A stretch of DNA of 64,000 bases from Acidobacteriota bacterium. GTDB lineage: Bacteria; Acidobacteriota; Thermoanaerobaculia; Multivoradales; UBA5704. The stretch covers positions 128,001 to 192,000 of the forward strand of contig JBDTZG010000001.1 of assembly GCA_040005235.1 (NCBI GenBank), written 5' to 3'. The notes under the pieces are model-generated. The model had not been told where the DNA came from. It worked only from the letters and a program-made list of their open reading frames with translations, and searched no databases. The position numbers and the translations under genes were made by a program. This document shows positions 49,493 to 62,200 of this stretch, in pieces. Position 1 is the first letter of the stretch. Each line of letters starts with the position of its first letter.

Positions 49493-52400
49493 GCGACACG
49501 ACGACCCAAAGCCGCGGGATCTCCGGCGAGGATCTGGATCTACTTTCCAGACTCTTGGAGCAGGAAGGGTTCGGCGCTCCGGCTTCGACCGCGATTCCGC
49601 GCCGCGCCGTTTTCGGATCGGCGGGCGAAGAGCTTCCGCTGTCGTATGCCCAACAGCGGCTCTGGTTTCTCGACCGGCTGCAGCCAGGCTCGGCGCAGTA
49701 CAACCTGTATTCGGCGCGCCGGTTTCCGCAGCCGATCGCCCTGACGGTGCTCGCGCGCACCCTTGGGGAGCTTGCGCGCCGCCACGAGACGCTGCGCACT
49801 ACGTTCGTGGAAGTCCAGGGCCGCGCGGTGCAGGTGATTGCGCCGCCGCCCCGCGCGGCGGTCCCGCCGGTCATCGATCTGCTCGGGCTGCCGAACGCGC
49901 GGCGCGAGGACGAGGTGGCGCGGGTCGCGGGCGCCGAATCCCGCCGGCCTTTCGACCTCTCACGCGGGCCGCTCTGGCGCGCGGCGGTCGTCCACGTTGG
50001 CGAAGGCGAGGATGTCCTTCTGTCGGTGATGCATCACATCATCTCGGACGGTGGGTCGCTGGGCGTGATGATGGGCGAGGTCTCGCGCCTGTATGCGGCT
50101 TTTGCCGCCGGCCGACCGTCTCCTCTGCCGGAGCTGGCGATCCAATACGCAGATTTCGCCCTCTGGCAGCGCGAGCGTCTTGAGGGTGGCGAGCTCGCCC
50201 GGGAGCTTGACTTCTGGCGTGCGGAGCTGTTGGGTGCGCCGCAGGTACTCGACCTGCCGGCCGATCGACCGCGGCCGGCGGTGCAGAGCTTCCGCGGCGC
50301 CAACGAGATGTTCTCGATCCCGGCCACCGACGCGGCGCGGCTGCGCGAGCTGGCGCGAGAAGAGGGCGCGACCCTGTTCATGGCCATGCTTGCCACCCTC
50401 GGCGCCACGCTCGGCAGGATCACCGGGCGCTTCGACCTGCTGATCTCTTCGCCGATCGCGAACCGAAACCGCCCCGAGATCGAGGCGCTGATCGGCTTCT
50501 TCGTCAACACCTTGGTTTTGAGGGTCGATCTCGCGGGGGAACCGAGCCTGCGCGAGATGATCCGCCGCACCAAGCTCCGAACCCTTGCCGCTTACGATCA
50601 CCAGAACCTGCCGTTCGAGAAGTTAGTCGAGGAGCTGCGTCCGGAGCGCGATCTGGCCCACGCGCCGCTGGTCCAGGTCATGTTGGCGCTGCAGACCGAG
50701 GACGCTCCGGCGATGCCGGCCGGCGGGGGAGCCGGCGGCGCGACCGCCGCGTCGGAGGTGCCACTGATGAACGGTACGGCGAAGCTCGACCTTTTGATCT
50801 CGATGATCGAGTCTTCGCGCGGCTTGAACGGTATGGCGGAGTACGCGACCGATCTGTTCGAGGGGGCGACGGTGCGGCGGTTGCTCGACGCTTGGCGGAC
50901 GTTGATCGCCGGGGCGCTCGCCACGCCTGAGGCGGCGGATCGGCCGCTCGCCGAGCTGCCGTTGCTCGACGCGGCCGAAACCCGGCGCCTGGTGGTCGAT
51001 TGGAACGACACCGCGGTCGCTTACGATCAGGCCGGAGCGCGGCTCCACGATCTGGTCTTCGCGCAGGCTGCGGCGACGCCGGATGCGATCGCTGTGGTAT
51101 TCGAGGAGTCGGCGCTCTCCTACGGCGCGCTGGCCCGCGCGGCGCAGCGCTTGGCACAGTCGCTGCGCCGTCGCGGCATCGGTCCTGAGATCGCCGTCGG
51201 CGTCTGCCTCGAACGGTCGCTCGAAATGCCGGTCGCATTGTTGGCGGTGCTCGAAGCGGGGGGCTTTTACGTTCCGCTCGATCCTGACTATCCGGCGGAT
51301 CGGCTGACCTACATGCTCGCGGACAGCCGGGTGCCGTTGGTTCTAATCTCGGCCGCCGTGCAGGCACGGATCGCCGATCTGCCCGAGGGCGTTGTGCGGG
51401 TCGATCCGGGCGATTGGGAGACGCTCAATCCGGTCGCGCCGGAGCTGGTGGAACGCGCGACGACCGAGCCGGAGACGCTCGCCTACGCGATTTACACCTC
51501 GGGCTCGACCGGCAAGCCAAAAGCGGGCATGAACGCGCACCGTGGGATCGTCAACCGATTGCTCTGGATGCGTGAGCGTTACGCCTTGGGACCGGCGGAT
51601 CGGGTGCTCCAGAAGACGCCGTTCAGCTTCGATGTCTCGGTCTGGGAGCTGTTTCTGCCGCTCCTGTCCGGCGCGCGACTGGTCATGGCCCGGCCGGGCG
51701 GTCATCAGGACGCAGGCTACCTGGTCGATCTGATCTCCCGCGAGGGAGTAAGCGTTCTCCACTTCGTGCCCTCGATGCTCCAGGTGTTCGTCGGCGAGCC
51801 GGGGGTGGCGGAGTTAAGCAGTCTGCGGGCGCTGATTTGTTCCGGCGAGGCGTTGCCTTCCACCCTGGTCGATCGCTTCTTCGCGCTGTTTTCCGGCCAC
51901 CTGAGCGCTCGCCAAGAACCCGAGCTGCACAACCTGTACGGCCCCACAGAGGCGGCGGTCGACGTCACCGAACAGGTCTGCCTGCCGGGCCTCGCGACCG
52001 TGCCGATCGGTCGGCCGATCGCGAACCTGCGCATCTATCTGCTCGATCCGGAGCGCCTGCCGGTGCCGGTTGGAGTTCCGGGCGAGCTGTTTATCGGTGG
52101 CGTCGGCGTAGGCCGCGGATACCTGCATCGGCCGCAGTTGACCGCCGCGGCGTTCGTGCCCGACGGCATCGGCGGAGAGCCGGGTGCCCGCCTCTATCGC
52201 ACCGGCGACCTCTGCCGGTTCGCCGTGGACGGCGCGATCGAGTATCTCGGGCGGATCGACCATCAGGTGAAGATCCGCGGCTTCCGCATTGAGCTGGGGG
52301 AGATCGAGCGAGCGCTCGCCGATCACCCGGATGTCTCCGAGTGCGTGGTGGCGACCTACGGCCCGGCGACCGATCGGCGCATCGCGGCGTATCTGGTCGC

Positions 52401-55400
52401 GGGTTCGTCGAAGCCGCCATCGATTGAAGAGCTCCGCACGTTCCTGGGTCGTAGCCTGCCCCTGTACATGATTCCCCAGGCGTTCGTCGCCTTGCCCGCT
52501 CTGCCGCTGTCGCCGAACGGAAAAATCGATCGCAAGGCTTTGCCGACGCCGGAGCTTTCGCGCCCGTCCCTCGGCGAGCAGTACGTCGCGCCGCGGACGG
52601 TCGCCGAGCAGGTGCTGGCGGTGGTTTGGGAGCATGTGCTCGGCGTCGAGCAGGTCGGCGCCCATGACAATTTCTTCGCTCTCGGCGGGGACTCGATCCG
52701 CAGCATTCAGGTGCTCGCCATGGCCCGCGAGCGAGGCCTGGAAATCTCGCTCCAGCAGCTGTTTCAACATCAGACTATCGCTGCCCTGGCCGCCGTCGCC
52801 GTCACTCCTTCAGCCGTGGAGGCGCCCACCGAGCCGTTCTCACTGCTCGCGCCGGAGGATCGCCAGCGCCTGCCGAGTGGGCCGGGGTTCGCGCTCGATG
52901 ACGCCTATCCCCTGGCGATGCTGCAGGCCGGCATGCTGTTCCACATGGTGCTGCGGCCCGAAGATCCGCCGTACCATAACGTCGACAGCTGGCAGCTGGT
53001 CGCGCGGTTCGACGCCGAGGCGTTTGCGCGTGCCACCGCCGATGTTGTCGCTCGCCATCCGGTGATGCGCACTTCGTTTCACCTGACCGGGTTTTCCGAA
53101 CCGATCCAGATGGTCCACCGGGAGGCGGCCTTACCGCTGACGGTGTTCGATCTCATCCACCTGACGGCGCTGGAGCAGCAGCGGGAGGTCGCGGCGCTGG
53201 TGCGCGCGGAAAAGCTCAAGATCTTCGACTTCACCCGCGCGCCGCAGCTTCGCTTTCACGTCCACCGGCTCGCCGAGGATCGGTTTCAGTTCACGCTCAC
53301 CGAGAACCACGCGATCTTCGATGGCTGGAGCTTGCACTCGACGTTGGCCGAGATTTTCAGCCGATATTTCGCTTACCTTCGCGGTGAAACCCCGGCATTC
53401 GAGGCGCCGCTCGCGCTTACCTATCGCGATTTCGTTGCGGCGGAACGGCGGACCCTCGAATCGGAAAGTGCCAAGGCGTTCTGGCGCGAACAATTAGCCG
53501 GCGCCTCGGTGCTCGAGCTGCCGCGCCCCAACCCGGTGACCCAGGCACCGGTCGGAGCGCGAGTCTGCCGGCTGATCCCGAACTTGTCGCCGGAGATCTC
53601 GCGGGCGGTGCGCTCGCTCGCGCGTCGTTCGGCGGTGCCGCTCAAGAGCGTGCTGCTCGGCGCGCACTTCAAGGTGATGAGCCTGCTTTCGGGCTCGCCC
53701 GACGTAATGATCGGGATCGGCTTCAACGGCCGCGCCGAGCTGTCGGGTGGGGACGATGTCCGCGGCCTGTTCTTGAACACACTTCCGGTCCGGTTCGAGG
53801 TCAAAGACGAGAGTTTTGCGCGAATTTCCGAACGGGCGTTCGAAACCGAACGCGACATCCTGCCCCACCGCCGCTACCCGTACAACCGTCTGCAGCAGGA
53901 GAACAGTGGCCGGCCGTTCTACGACGTGATCTTCAACTACATACACTTCCATGTCGTGGACAAAATGCTCGCCCACGAGGAGATCGGTGTGGTGGGTTTC
54001 CATGCCGCCGAAGGGACGAACTTCCTGCTCCAGGTTGCGTTCGCACCGGGCACCGACGAGCAAGGCATTCACTTTGCGCTCGAATACGACGGCGCACGCC
54101 TGTCGGAGACTGACGCGGCATGGATCGCCGGTTACTTCACGCGCTATTTCGCGGCGCTTGGCCAGGATCCGGACGCCTCGACCGCCACCGCCTCCCTGCT
54201 CGCCCCGGAGGAGCGCGAACAGATCCGCGCGGCGACCGCGCTCGCTGTTTCGCCGGTTGCACTGCCCTCTCTCGTCGAGCTGTTCGCGCGCGCGGTCGCC
54301 ACGCATGGAAAGCGGGAAGCGGTGCGCTGCGGCAACGCCGGGCTCACCTATGCCGAATTGGACCGGCGCGCCAACGCTCTTGCGCACCGCCTGATTCGCG
54401 ACGGTGTGCTGCCCGGGGACCTGGTCGCGGTGTCGCTCGACCGGTCGACCGATCTGATCGTTGCGCTGCTCGCCGTGCTCAAGAGCGGCGCGGGCTACGT
54501 GCCGATCGATCCGACCTATCCGGAGGAGCGCCGGGCGTTTCTGCTAAAGGATTCGGGCGCGCGCCTGCTGCTCGACGAGGTGGCAGCCGATCTCGCCCAA
54601 GAAGACCACGCGGCGCCCGTGCTGCGAATCACCGCGGCCGACGTTGCTTACGTAATCTACACCTCGGGCTCGACGGGCAAGCCGAAAGGGGTGCCGGTGC
54701 GCCACGGCGAAGTGGCGCGGCTGATGTCGTCGACCGACTCGTGGTTCGGATTCGGCCCCGACGACGTCTGGACGCTGTTTCATTCCTACGCGTTCGATTT
54801 CTCGGTCTGGGAGATCTGGGGGGCGCTCGCCTACGGCGGCCGGCTGATCGTGGTGCCCACCGCGATCTCGCGCGCTCCGGAGTCGTTCTATCGCCTGGTC
54901 CGCGACGAGAAGGTCACCGTGCTCAACCAGACGCCGTCGGCGTTCCAGCAGTTGATCTGGGCCGAGCGGGGGGTGTTCGAGGCCGACGGCCCGGCACCTC
55001 TGGCCCTGCGTTACGTGATCTTCGGCGGCGAGGCGCTCGATCTGCCGACGCTCGCGCCCTGGATCGAACGGCATCCCGATTCGACGCTGATCAACATGTA
55101 CGGCATCACCGAGACGACTGTCCACGTCACCTATCGGCCGATCGGCAAGGCCGACGTCCTGGCGAAGCGGGGGAGCCTGATCGGCGTGCCGATTCCCGAT
55201 CTCGCGGTCCACGTGCTCGACGCGTTCGGCATGCCCGCGCCGCTCGGGGTCTCCGGCGAGATGTACGTCTCGGGCGCCGGGCTCGCGGTCGGATATCTGG
55301 GGCGGCCGGAGCTGACGGCGGAACGCTTCGTGCCCGATTCGTTCTCGGGAGCTGTCGGCGCGCGGGCCTATCGCTCGGGCGATTTGGCCCGGCGGCTGCC

Positions 55401-56205
55401 CGCGGTCTCCGGCTTCGACCTTGAGTACCTGGGCCGGATCGACAACCAGGTGAAGATCCGAGGCTTCCGGATCGAGCTGGCCGAGATCGAGGCGGTGCTC
55501 GCCGCGCACCCCGGCGTCCGGCGCGCGATCGTGGTTCCGCGCGAGGATGTCGCGGGCGACAAGCGGCTGGTCGCCTACGTCGTGCTCGCGGACTCTTCGA
55601 TCTCGGCCGACGACCTGCGCGGCGCGGCGCAGGCCAACCTGCCGGAATACATGGTTCCCGCGGCGGTGGTGATCCTGCCCGAGTTGCCGCTCACTCCGCA
55701 CGGCAAGGTCGACGTGCGCGCGCTGCCGCTGCCGGCCGGCACCCGCGAGGCCTCGCGCCAGGCGTTCGTCGAGCCGAGGACGCCGCTCGAAGAGCGGATC
55801 GCGGCGATCTGGGCCGAGGTGCTGCGGCTCGAGAAGGTGGGCGTGCGCGACGGCTTCTTCGACCTCGGCGGCAACTCGATCCTCGCCACCCAGGTGTTCG
55901 CCCGGCTGCGCGAGACGTTCGGCTTCGAGGTGCCGATGCGCACGCTGTTCGAAGAACCGACGATCGAGCGCCTGGCGGTGACGATCGGCGAGCTGCAGGC
56001 GCGCGGTCCGAGCGCGGAGGCGGAGTCGCAGCGGATCGCGCGGCGCCGGAGCGAGGGCGATGCGGTCGGAGCGGTCGGAGCGATTCCCGCGGCACCCAAG
56101 GATGCCGACAAGATCCGCACCGATCTCGCGGCGATGACGCCCGAGGCGATCCGCAAGTTGCTCGCCGAGAAGCGGGCGAAGAAACAACAGGGAGGACAGG
56201 GGTGA
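49489..56205 (+). CDS. NRPS 3: C-A(Ser)-T-C(modAA-like)-A(Thr)-T
   Basis: A codes DVWHISLVD (Ser) and DFWNIGMVH (Thr); T motifs GGDSI and GGNSI; second C motif ENHAIFDG. Confidence 0.95.
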
Positions 56206-59200
56206 GCGAAATCTCCGAGCCCGATTCTGCCGCCGAGCTGGCTGCCGATCTCGAAGGCGATCTCGAAGCCGAGCGCCTCGCGCTGCTGGATCTGCTGCTC
56301 GAAGAGGAGGCGGAGGAGGCCGCCGCTCCCGCCGCGGCGATCGGACATGCGACGGCGCCCGAGCGGATTCCGCTGTCGCTGTCGCAGCGCCGGCTGTGGA
56401 TCGCCGATCGGCTCGATCCGGGCACGGCGCTGTTCAACATCCCGGCCTCGCAGCGGCTCTCGGGGGAGCTCGACATCCGGGCGCTCCGTGCCGCGCTCCA
56501 GGCTCTGGTCGATCGCCACGAGAGCCTGCGCACGACGTTTTCGACCGCCGACGGCAATGCCGGCGCGCGCGGGTCGAGCGAAGGTTTCCAGGTCATCGCC
56601 CGGCATCGCGAAGTCGATCTGCCGCGGATCGACCTGTCGCTGCTGCCGCTTTCCCTGGCGCTCCAGACGTCTCTTCGTCTATCGGGGCTTTCCCAGTCGC
56701 GCGGCTTCGACCTCGAACAGGGTCCGCTCCTCCGCTTCGCCCTGATCGAGATGGCTCCCCGAGACAACGTGCTGCTGGTGACGATGCATCACATCGTCGC
56801 CGACGGCTGGTCGCTGTCGATCTTCCAGCGCGAGTTCGCCGCGTTCTACGCCGGCTTTGCGAAGAATCAGCCGGCAACGCTTCCGGCGCTGCCGATTCAG
56901 TACGCGGACTTCGCGCTCTGGCAGCGCGACTGGCTGCGCGGCGAGGTGCTCGAAAATCAGCTCGCTTTCTGGCGCGACCATCTCGCCGATGCGCCGTTCT
57001 TGGCCGAGCTGCCGACCGATCGGCCGCGTCCCAGGGTGCGCAACTTCCGCGGCGGTAAGGTCGCGCGCCTGGTCGCCGATTCGGTCACCGAAGCGTTCCA
57101 CCGCCTGGTCCGCGGCGAAGGGGTGACCTATTTCGCCTCGGCGTTGGCGCTCGGACACGCCTGGCTCGGCCGCCTCACCCGCAGCGACGACGCGTTGATC
57201 GGATCGCCAATCGCCGGGCGCCACCGGATCGAGACCGAAGGCGTGATCGGTTTCTTCGTCAGCAACCTGGTCTTCCGCGCCCAGCTTCGAGGCGATCCCA
57301 CGGCGCGCGAGCTGCTGGTGCGGACGCGCGAGGAGACGCTCGCGATCCTGTCGCACCAGGACGTGCCGTTCGATCTGCTGGTCGAAGCGCTCGCTCCGGA
57401 GCGCGACCTGTCGACCACGCCGATCTACCAGGTGCAGCTGATGGCGTTCGAGGGTCAGCGCCGCGCCGACGCGTCGGCGCACGCCGCGGACGAGACGGCG
57501 CGCACCAGGGCGATGGGGGGCTTGCGCCTCACGCCTCTCACCTCGGGCGACGAGATGTCGATGTTCGACCTGTCGATGACCATCGCCGAAGGGGGTCGTC
57601 GGCTCGCGCTGCAATACAACCGCGATCTGTTCGATGCCGCGACGATCGAGCGGATGGCCGGCTACTTCGAGAATCTGATGGCGGCTTTTGTCGCCGAGCC
57701 CGATCGCCATCTGTCCGAGATCGCGATGATCGGGCAAGACGAGCGGCGCCAGCTGCTGCTCGAATGGAACCCGCCTTCCTCCCGGGCGGCGTTTTCCCAG
57801 AAGACCCTGCTGCCCGAATGGGTGGCGATCCATGCGAAGAGCCGCCCCCAAGCGATCGCGGTCGAGATGGGGGACATGTCCCTGACCTACGCCGAGCTGG
57901 ACGAGCGTTCGAACGCGCTCGCGCGCTACCTGGCGATGTTCGGCGTCGGACCCGAGGTGAGAGTAGGGCTCTGCCTCATGCGCTCGCTCGATCTGGTGGT
58001 CGGCCTGATCGCGGTGCAGAAGGCCGGCGGCGCCTATCTGCCGCTCGATCCCACCTATCCGATCGACCGGCTGGCCGGCATGATCGAAGACGCGGGCCTG
58101 ATGCTGCTGCTCGCCCAAGACGCCACGCTCGACGCGCTGCCGGCGGGCACCGCCTATGTGATCAACCTCGACCGGACGGACGAGATGGCCGCGATGATGG
58201 GGGATGGTGGCGACGAAGCGGGAGACGGGGCAACGCCGGAGCCGCCGCCCGGCCCCTGCCCTGAGCACCTCGCCTACGTGATTTTCACCTCGGGCTCGAC
58301 GGGCCGGCCGAAGGGCGTGATGCTCGCGCACGACGGCCTCGCGAACCTGTGCGCCGAGCAGGCGCGAATCTTCGCGGTGGGGCCGGAAAGCCGGGTGCTC
58401 CAATTCGCCTCGGTGTCGTTCGACGCCTCGGTCGCCGAGATCGCGGTGGCGCTCTGTGCCGGCGCCGCTCTGGTGCTTGGGGCGCCGGACGATCTGCTCC
58501 CCGGGCCGGGCTTGGTGCGGCTGCTCGCCTCCCGGCGGATCACCAAGGCGACGATTCCGCCTTCCGCGCTCGCCGTGCTGCCGGCCGGAGCCGAAGCCGA
58601 GCTGCCGGACCTGCGCACCCTGGTGGTAGCGGGCGAAGCCTGTTCGCCCGAGCTTGCGGCGATCTGGGGCCGCGGGCGCCGATTCGTCAACGCCTACGGC
58701 CCGACCGAGGCGACGGTCTGCGCCACCGCCGAGCTCTTCGTCGAGGGCAAGGCGCTCACCTTGGGCCGGCCGCTTTCCGACGTCGAGATCCATGTGCTGG
58801 GTTCCCGTTTCGAACCCCTGCCGGTGGGTGTCGCGGGCGAGCTGCTGATCGGTGGCCGGGGCCTTGCGCGTGGCTATCTGAACCGCCCCGATTTGACCGC
58901 CGAGCGCTTCGTGCCGCACCCCTTCGCCGCCGAACGCGGCGATTTCGGGGATCCCGGCGCGCGGCTCTATCGCACCGGCGACCTGGTGCGGCGCCTGGCC
59001 GACGGACGGATCGAGTTCCTCGGCCGGATCGACCATCAGGTGAAGGTGCGCGGCTTCCGCATCGAGCTGGGCGAGATCGAGGCGGCGTTGCGCGCGCAGG
59101 CGGGGGTCAGAGAGGTCGTGGTGCTCGCGCGCAACGATTCGGGCGGCGGTTTATCGGGTGGTAATGCGGACCGGCTGGTCGCCTACCTGCTCGCCGAGCC

Positions 59201-62200
59201 CGAGCGCGAGCTGGTGCCGGCCGATTTGAAGGCGGCGCTTTCCGCGCGGCTGCCGGAGTACATGGTGCCCGCGGCATTCGTGGTGCTTGGGGCCTTTCCG
59301 CTCACCGCCAACGGCAAAGTCGATCGGAAGGCGCTGCCCACGCCGGAGCTGGCGCATCTGCACGTCGAGGGGGTGCGTTACGAGGCGCCGCGCGACGCGA
59401 TCGAAACGCTGGTGGCGGAGGTCTTCGGCGAGGTGCTCGGCCTTTCCGGCGAGATCTCGATCCACGATTCGTTCTTCGACTTAGGCGGCCACTCGCTGCT
59501 CGCCACCCAGCTCTTGTCCCGCGTGCGCGACGCATTCGGCGTCGAGCTGGCGCTGCGCCAGGTGTTCGAGGCGCAGACGATCGCGAGCTTCTCCCGCGCG
59601 ATCGAGGCGGCGCAGCGCGAAGCGCGCGGCCTCGAATCCGGGCCGATCGAACGCCGCCCGCGCGTGGCCGGGGCGGATCTGCCGCTGTCGTTCGCGCAGG
59701 AGCGGTTGTGGTTTCTGGACCAGTTGGAGCCGGGAAGCCCGACCTACAACATCCCGAGTGCCCTGCGCGTCCGCGGCGCGCTCGATCCTTTGCGGCTCGC
59801 CGCGGCGCTGCGCTACCTGGAGCGGCGCCACGAGTCGCTGCGCACTACATTCCCCACCCGGGCCGGGCGCGCGGCGCAGGAGATCGCGGCGCCCGATTCC
59901 GTCGATTCGCCCCGGGGGGCGCTGCTCTTTGCCCGGGTGGATCTTGCCGCCCTCTCGGAGGCGCGCCGCGAGGTGGAGACGCTGCGCCTCGCGGGGAAAG
60001 AGGCGATCCGGCCTTTCGATCTGGCGACCGGGCCGCTCGGCCGCGTGGTGCTGGTGCATCTGTCGCCGCAGCCGGCGACCGAGCAGGCGCTGCTGCTCAC
60101 CGTCCATCACGTCATTTCCGACGGCTGGTCGATGGGCGTTTTCGTGCGCGAGCTGGCCGAGGTCCACTCGGCGCTGGTCGAAGGCCGCGAGCCCGACGCC
60201 AATGTCCTGCCGCCTCTGCCGATCCAGTACGCCGACTTCGCCGCCTGGCAGCGCGGCTGGCTCACCGGCGACGTCCTCGCGCGCCAGATCGATCATTGGC
60301 GCCGGCACCTTCTGGGCGCGCCCGAGCTGCTCGCTCTGCCCACCGACCGGCCGCGGCCGGCGATCCAGAGCTACCGCGGCGCCTCGGTCGCGCGGCCCTC
60401 GGCTCCGGGAACCGTCGAGCGCCTGCACGCGCTCTCGCGGGCGGAAGGCGCGACGCTGTTCATGACGTTGCTCGCCGGCTGGTCGACGCTGCTCTATCGC
60501 TATACCGGGCAGACCGACATTCCGGTCGGCACTCCGATCGCGAACCGCAACCGGGCGGAGGTCGAAGGGCTGATCGGCTTCTTCGTCAACACCCTCGTCC
60601 TGCGCACGCGGGTGGCGCCGCGGCAGAGCTTCCGCGCGCTGCTCGGCACGGTGCGCGAATCGACGCTCGAAGGGTACGCGCACCAGGATCTGCCGTTCGA
60701 AAAGCTGGTGGAGGCGATCGCGCCGGAGCGCAATCTTTCCTACTCGCCGCTGTTCCAATCGATGCTCGTGCTGCAGAACAACCCCGACCGGCCGCTCGAA
60801 TTGCCTGGCTTGGAAATCTCCGGCCTCGCGATGTCGGGCGAGGTGTCGAAATACGACCTGACGCTGAACGCGATCGAGCTGGGACCGCGGCTGGCCTGCC
60901 GGGTGGTTTACAGCACGGCGCTGTTCGAGGCGGCGACGGTCGAGCGGATTCTCGGCCATCTCCACGCGCTGCTCCATGCGCTGCTCGATCAGCCCGACCG
61001 GCCGGTCGGGACGCTCGACCTCTTCTCGGGGGAGGAGCGGCGCACCCTGCTGATCGAATGGAACGAGCCGGCGGTCGTGCACCCGTCCGAAGGCTACCTG
61101 CCGCAGATGTTCGAGGAACGGGTCGATGCCGGGCCGGCGCGCATCGCGGTCGAATTCGATTCCCGCACCGAATCGGAGAGGGCGGCCGGAGGCGCGGGAT
61201 TCTCGATGCTCACCTACGCCGAGCTGGACGCGCGGGCGAACCGGCTGGCCCGCCATCTGCGCCGGGCGGGGGTCGGACCCGAAACGCGCGTCGGCGTCTG
61301 CCTGGAGCGCTCGCTCGACTTGCCCGTAGCGCTGCTTGCCGTCCTGAAGGCGGGGGCGGCCTACCTGCCGCTCGACCCGAGCCTGCCGGAGGATCGCCTG
61401 CGCCATTTGGTGGCGGACGCCTCGGCGCCGGTGGTCGTCACGGTCGGCCGGTTCGTCGAACGGCTCGGCACTGATCGCACCGATCGCTTCGATCGCTTCG
61501 GGGGGCCGCATCTCGTCCTCCTGGACGATGCGGCGACCGCCGCGGCGATCGCTGAGGAACCGGCGGAGCGCCTGTTGCCCGCGGCTTTGGGCGAGCACCC
61601 GGCCTACGTGATCTATACCTCCGGGTCGACAGGTCAGCCCAAAGGGGTGGTGGTGACTCACGGCGCTCTGGGCAACCGGCTGCGCTATGCCCTCGCAACC
61701 GACTTTGCGACCGACGCCGAAGTGTTCCTCCAAAAGACCACGATCAGCTTCGACGTTTCGGTGCTCGAAATCTTTGCGCCTTTAGTCTCCGGCGGGCGCA
61801 CCGTGCTGCCCGAGCCCGAAGGGCATCGCGATCCCGCTTATCTGGTGCGCCTGATCGCCGAGCGGCGGATCACCCAGGCGTCGTTTCCCCCTTCGACCCT
61901 CGCCCTGCTGCTCGATTCGGGCGCGCTCGACGAGTGCCGCGATCTGCGGCTGCTGGTCACCGGCGGCGAGACCGTGCCGGCCGATCTGCCGAACCGGGTT
62001 CACGAGCGCCTCCCGTGGATCGACGTCTACAACCGCTACGGGCCGACCGAGGCGACGATCTCGGTCACCTCCTGGCTCTGCCGGCCGGACGCCGCCGAGC
62101 GCTCTCTGCCGATCGGCCGGCCGACCGCCAAGGCCCACGTCTATCTGCTCGACCGCGAAGGCGAGCCGACGCCGGTAGGCGTACCGGGCGAGCTGCATCT

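Noticed and set aside
53299-53331. NocB-type beta-lactam-forming C domain after Ser
   Set aside because: The motif is ENHAIFDG and lacks the extra His (HHHxxxDG) described for NocB C5.
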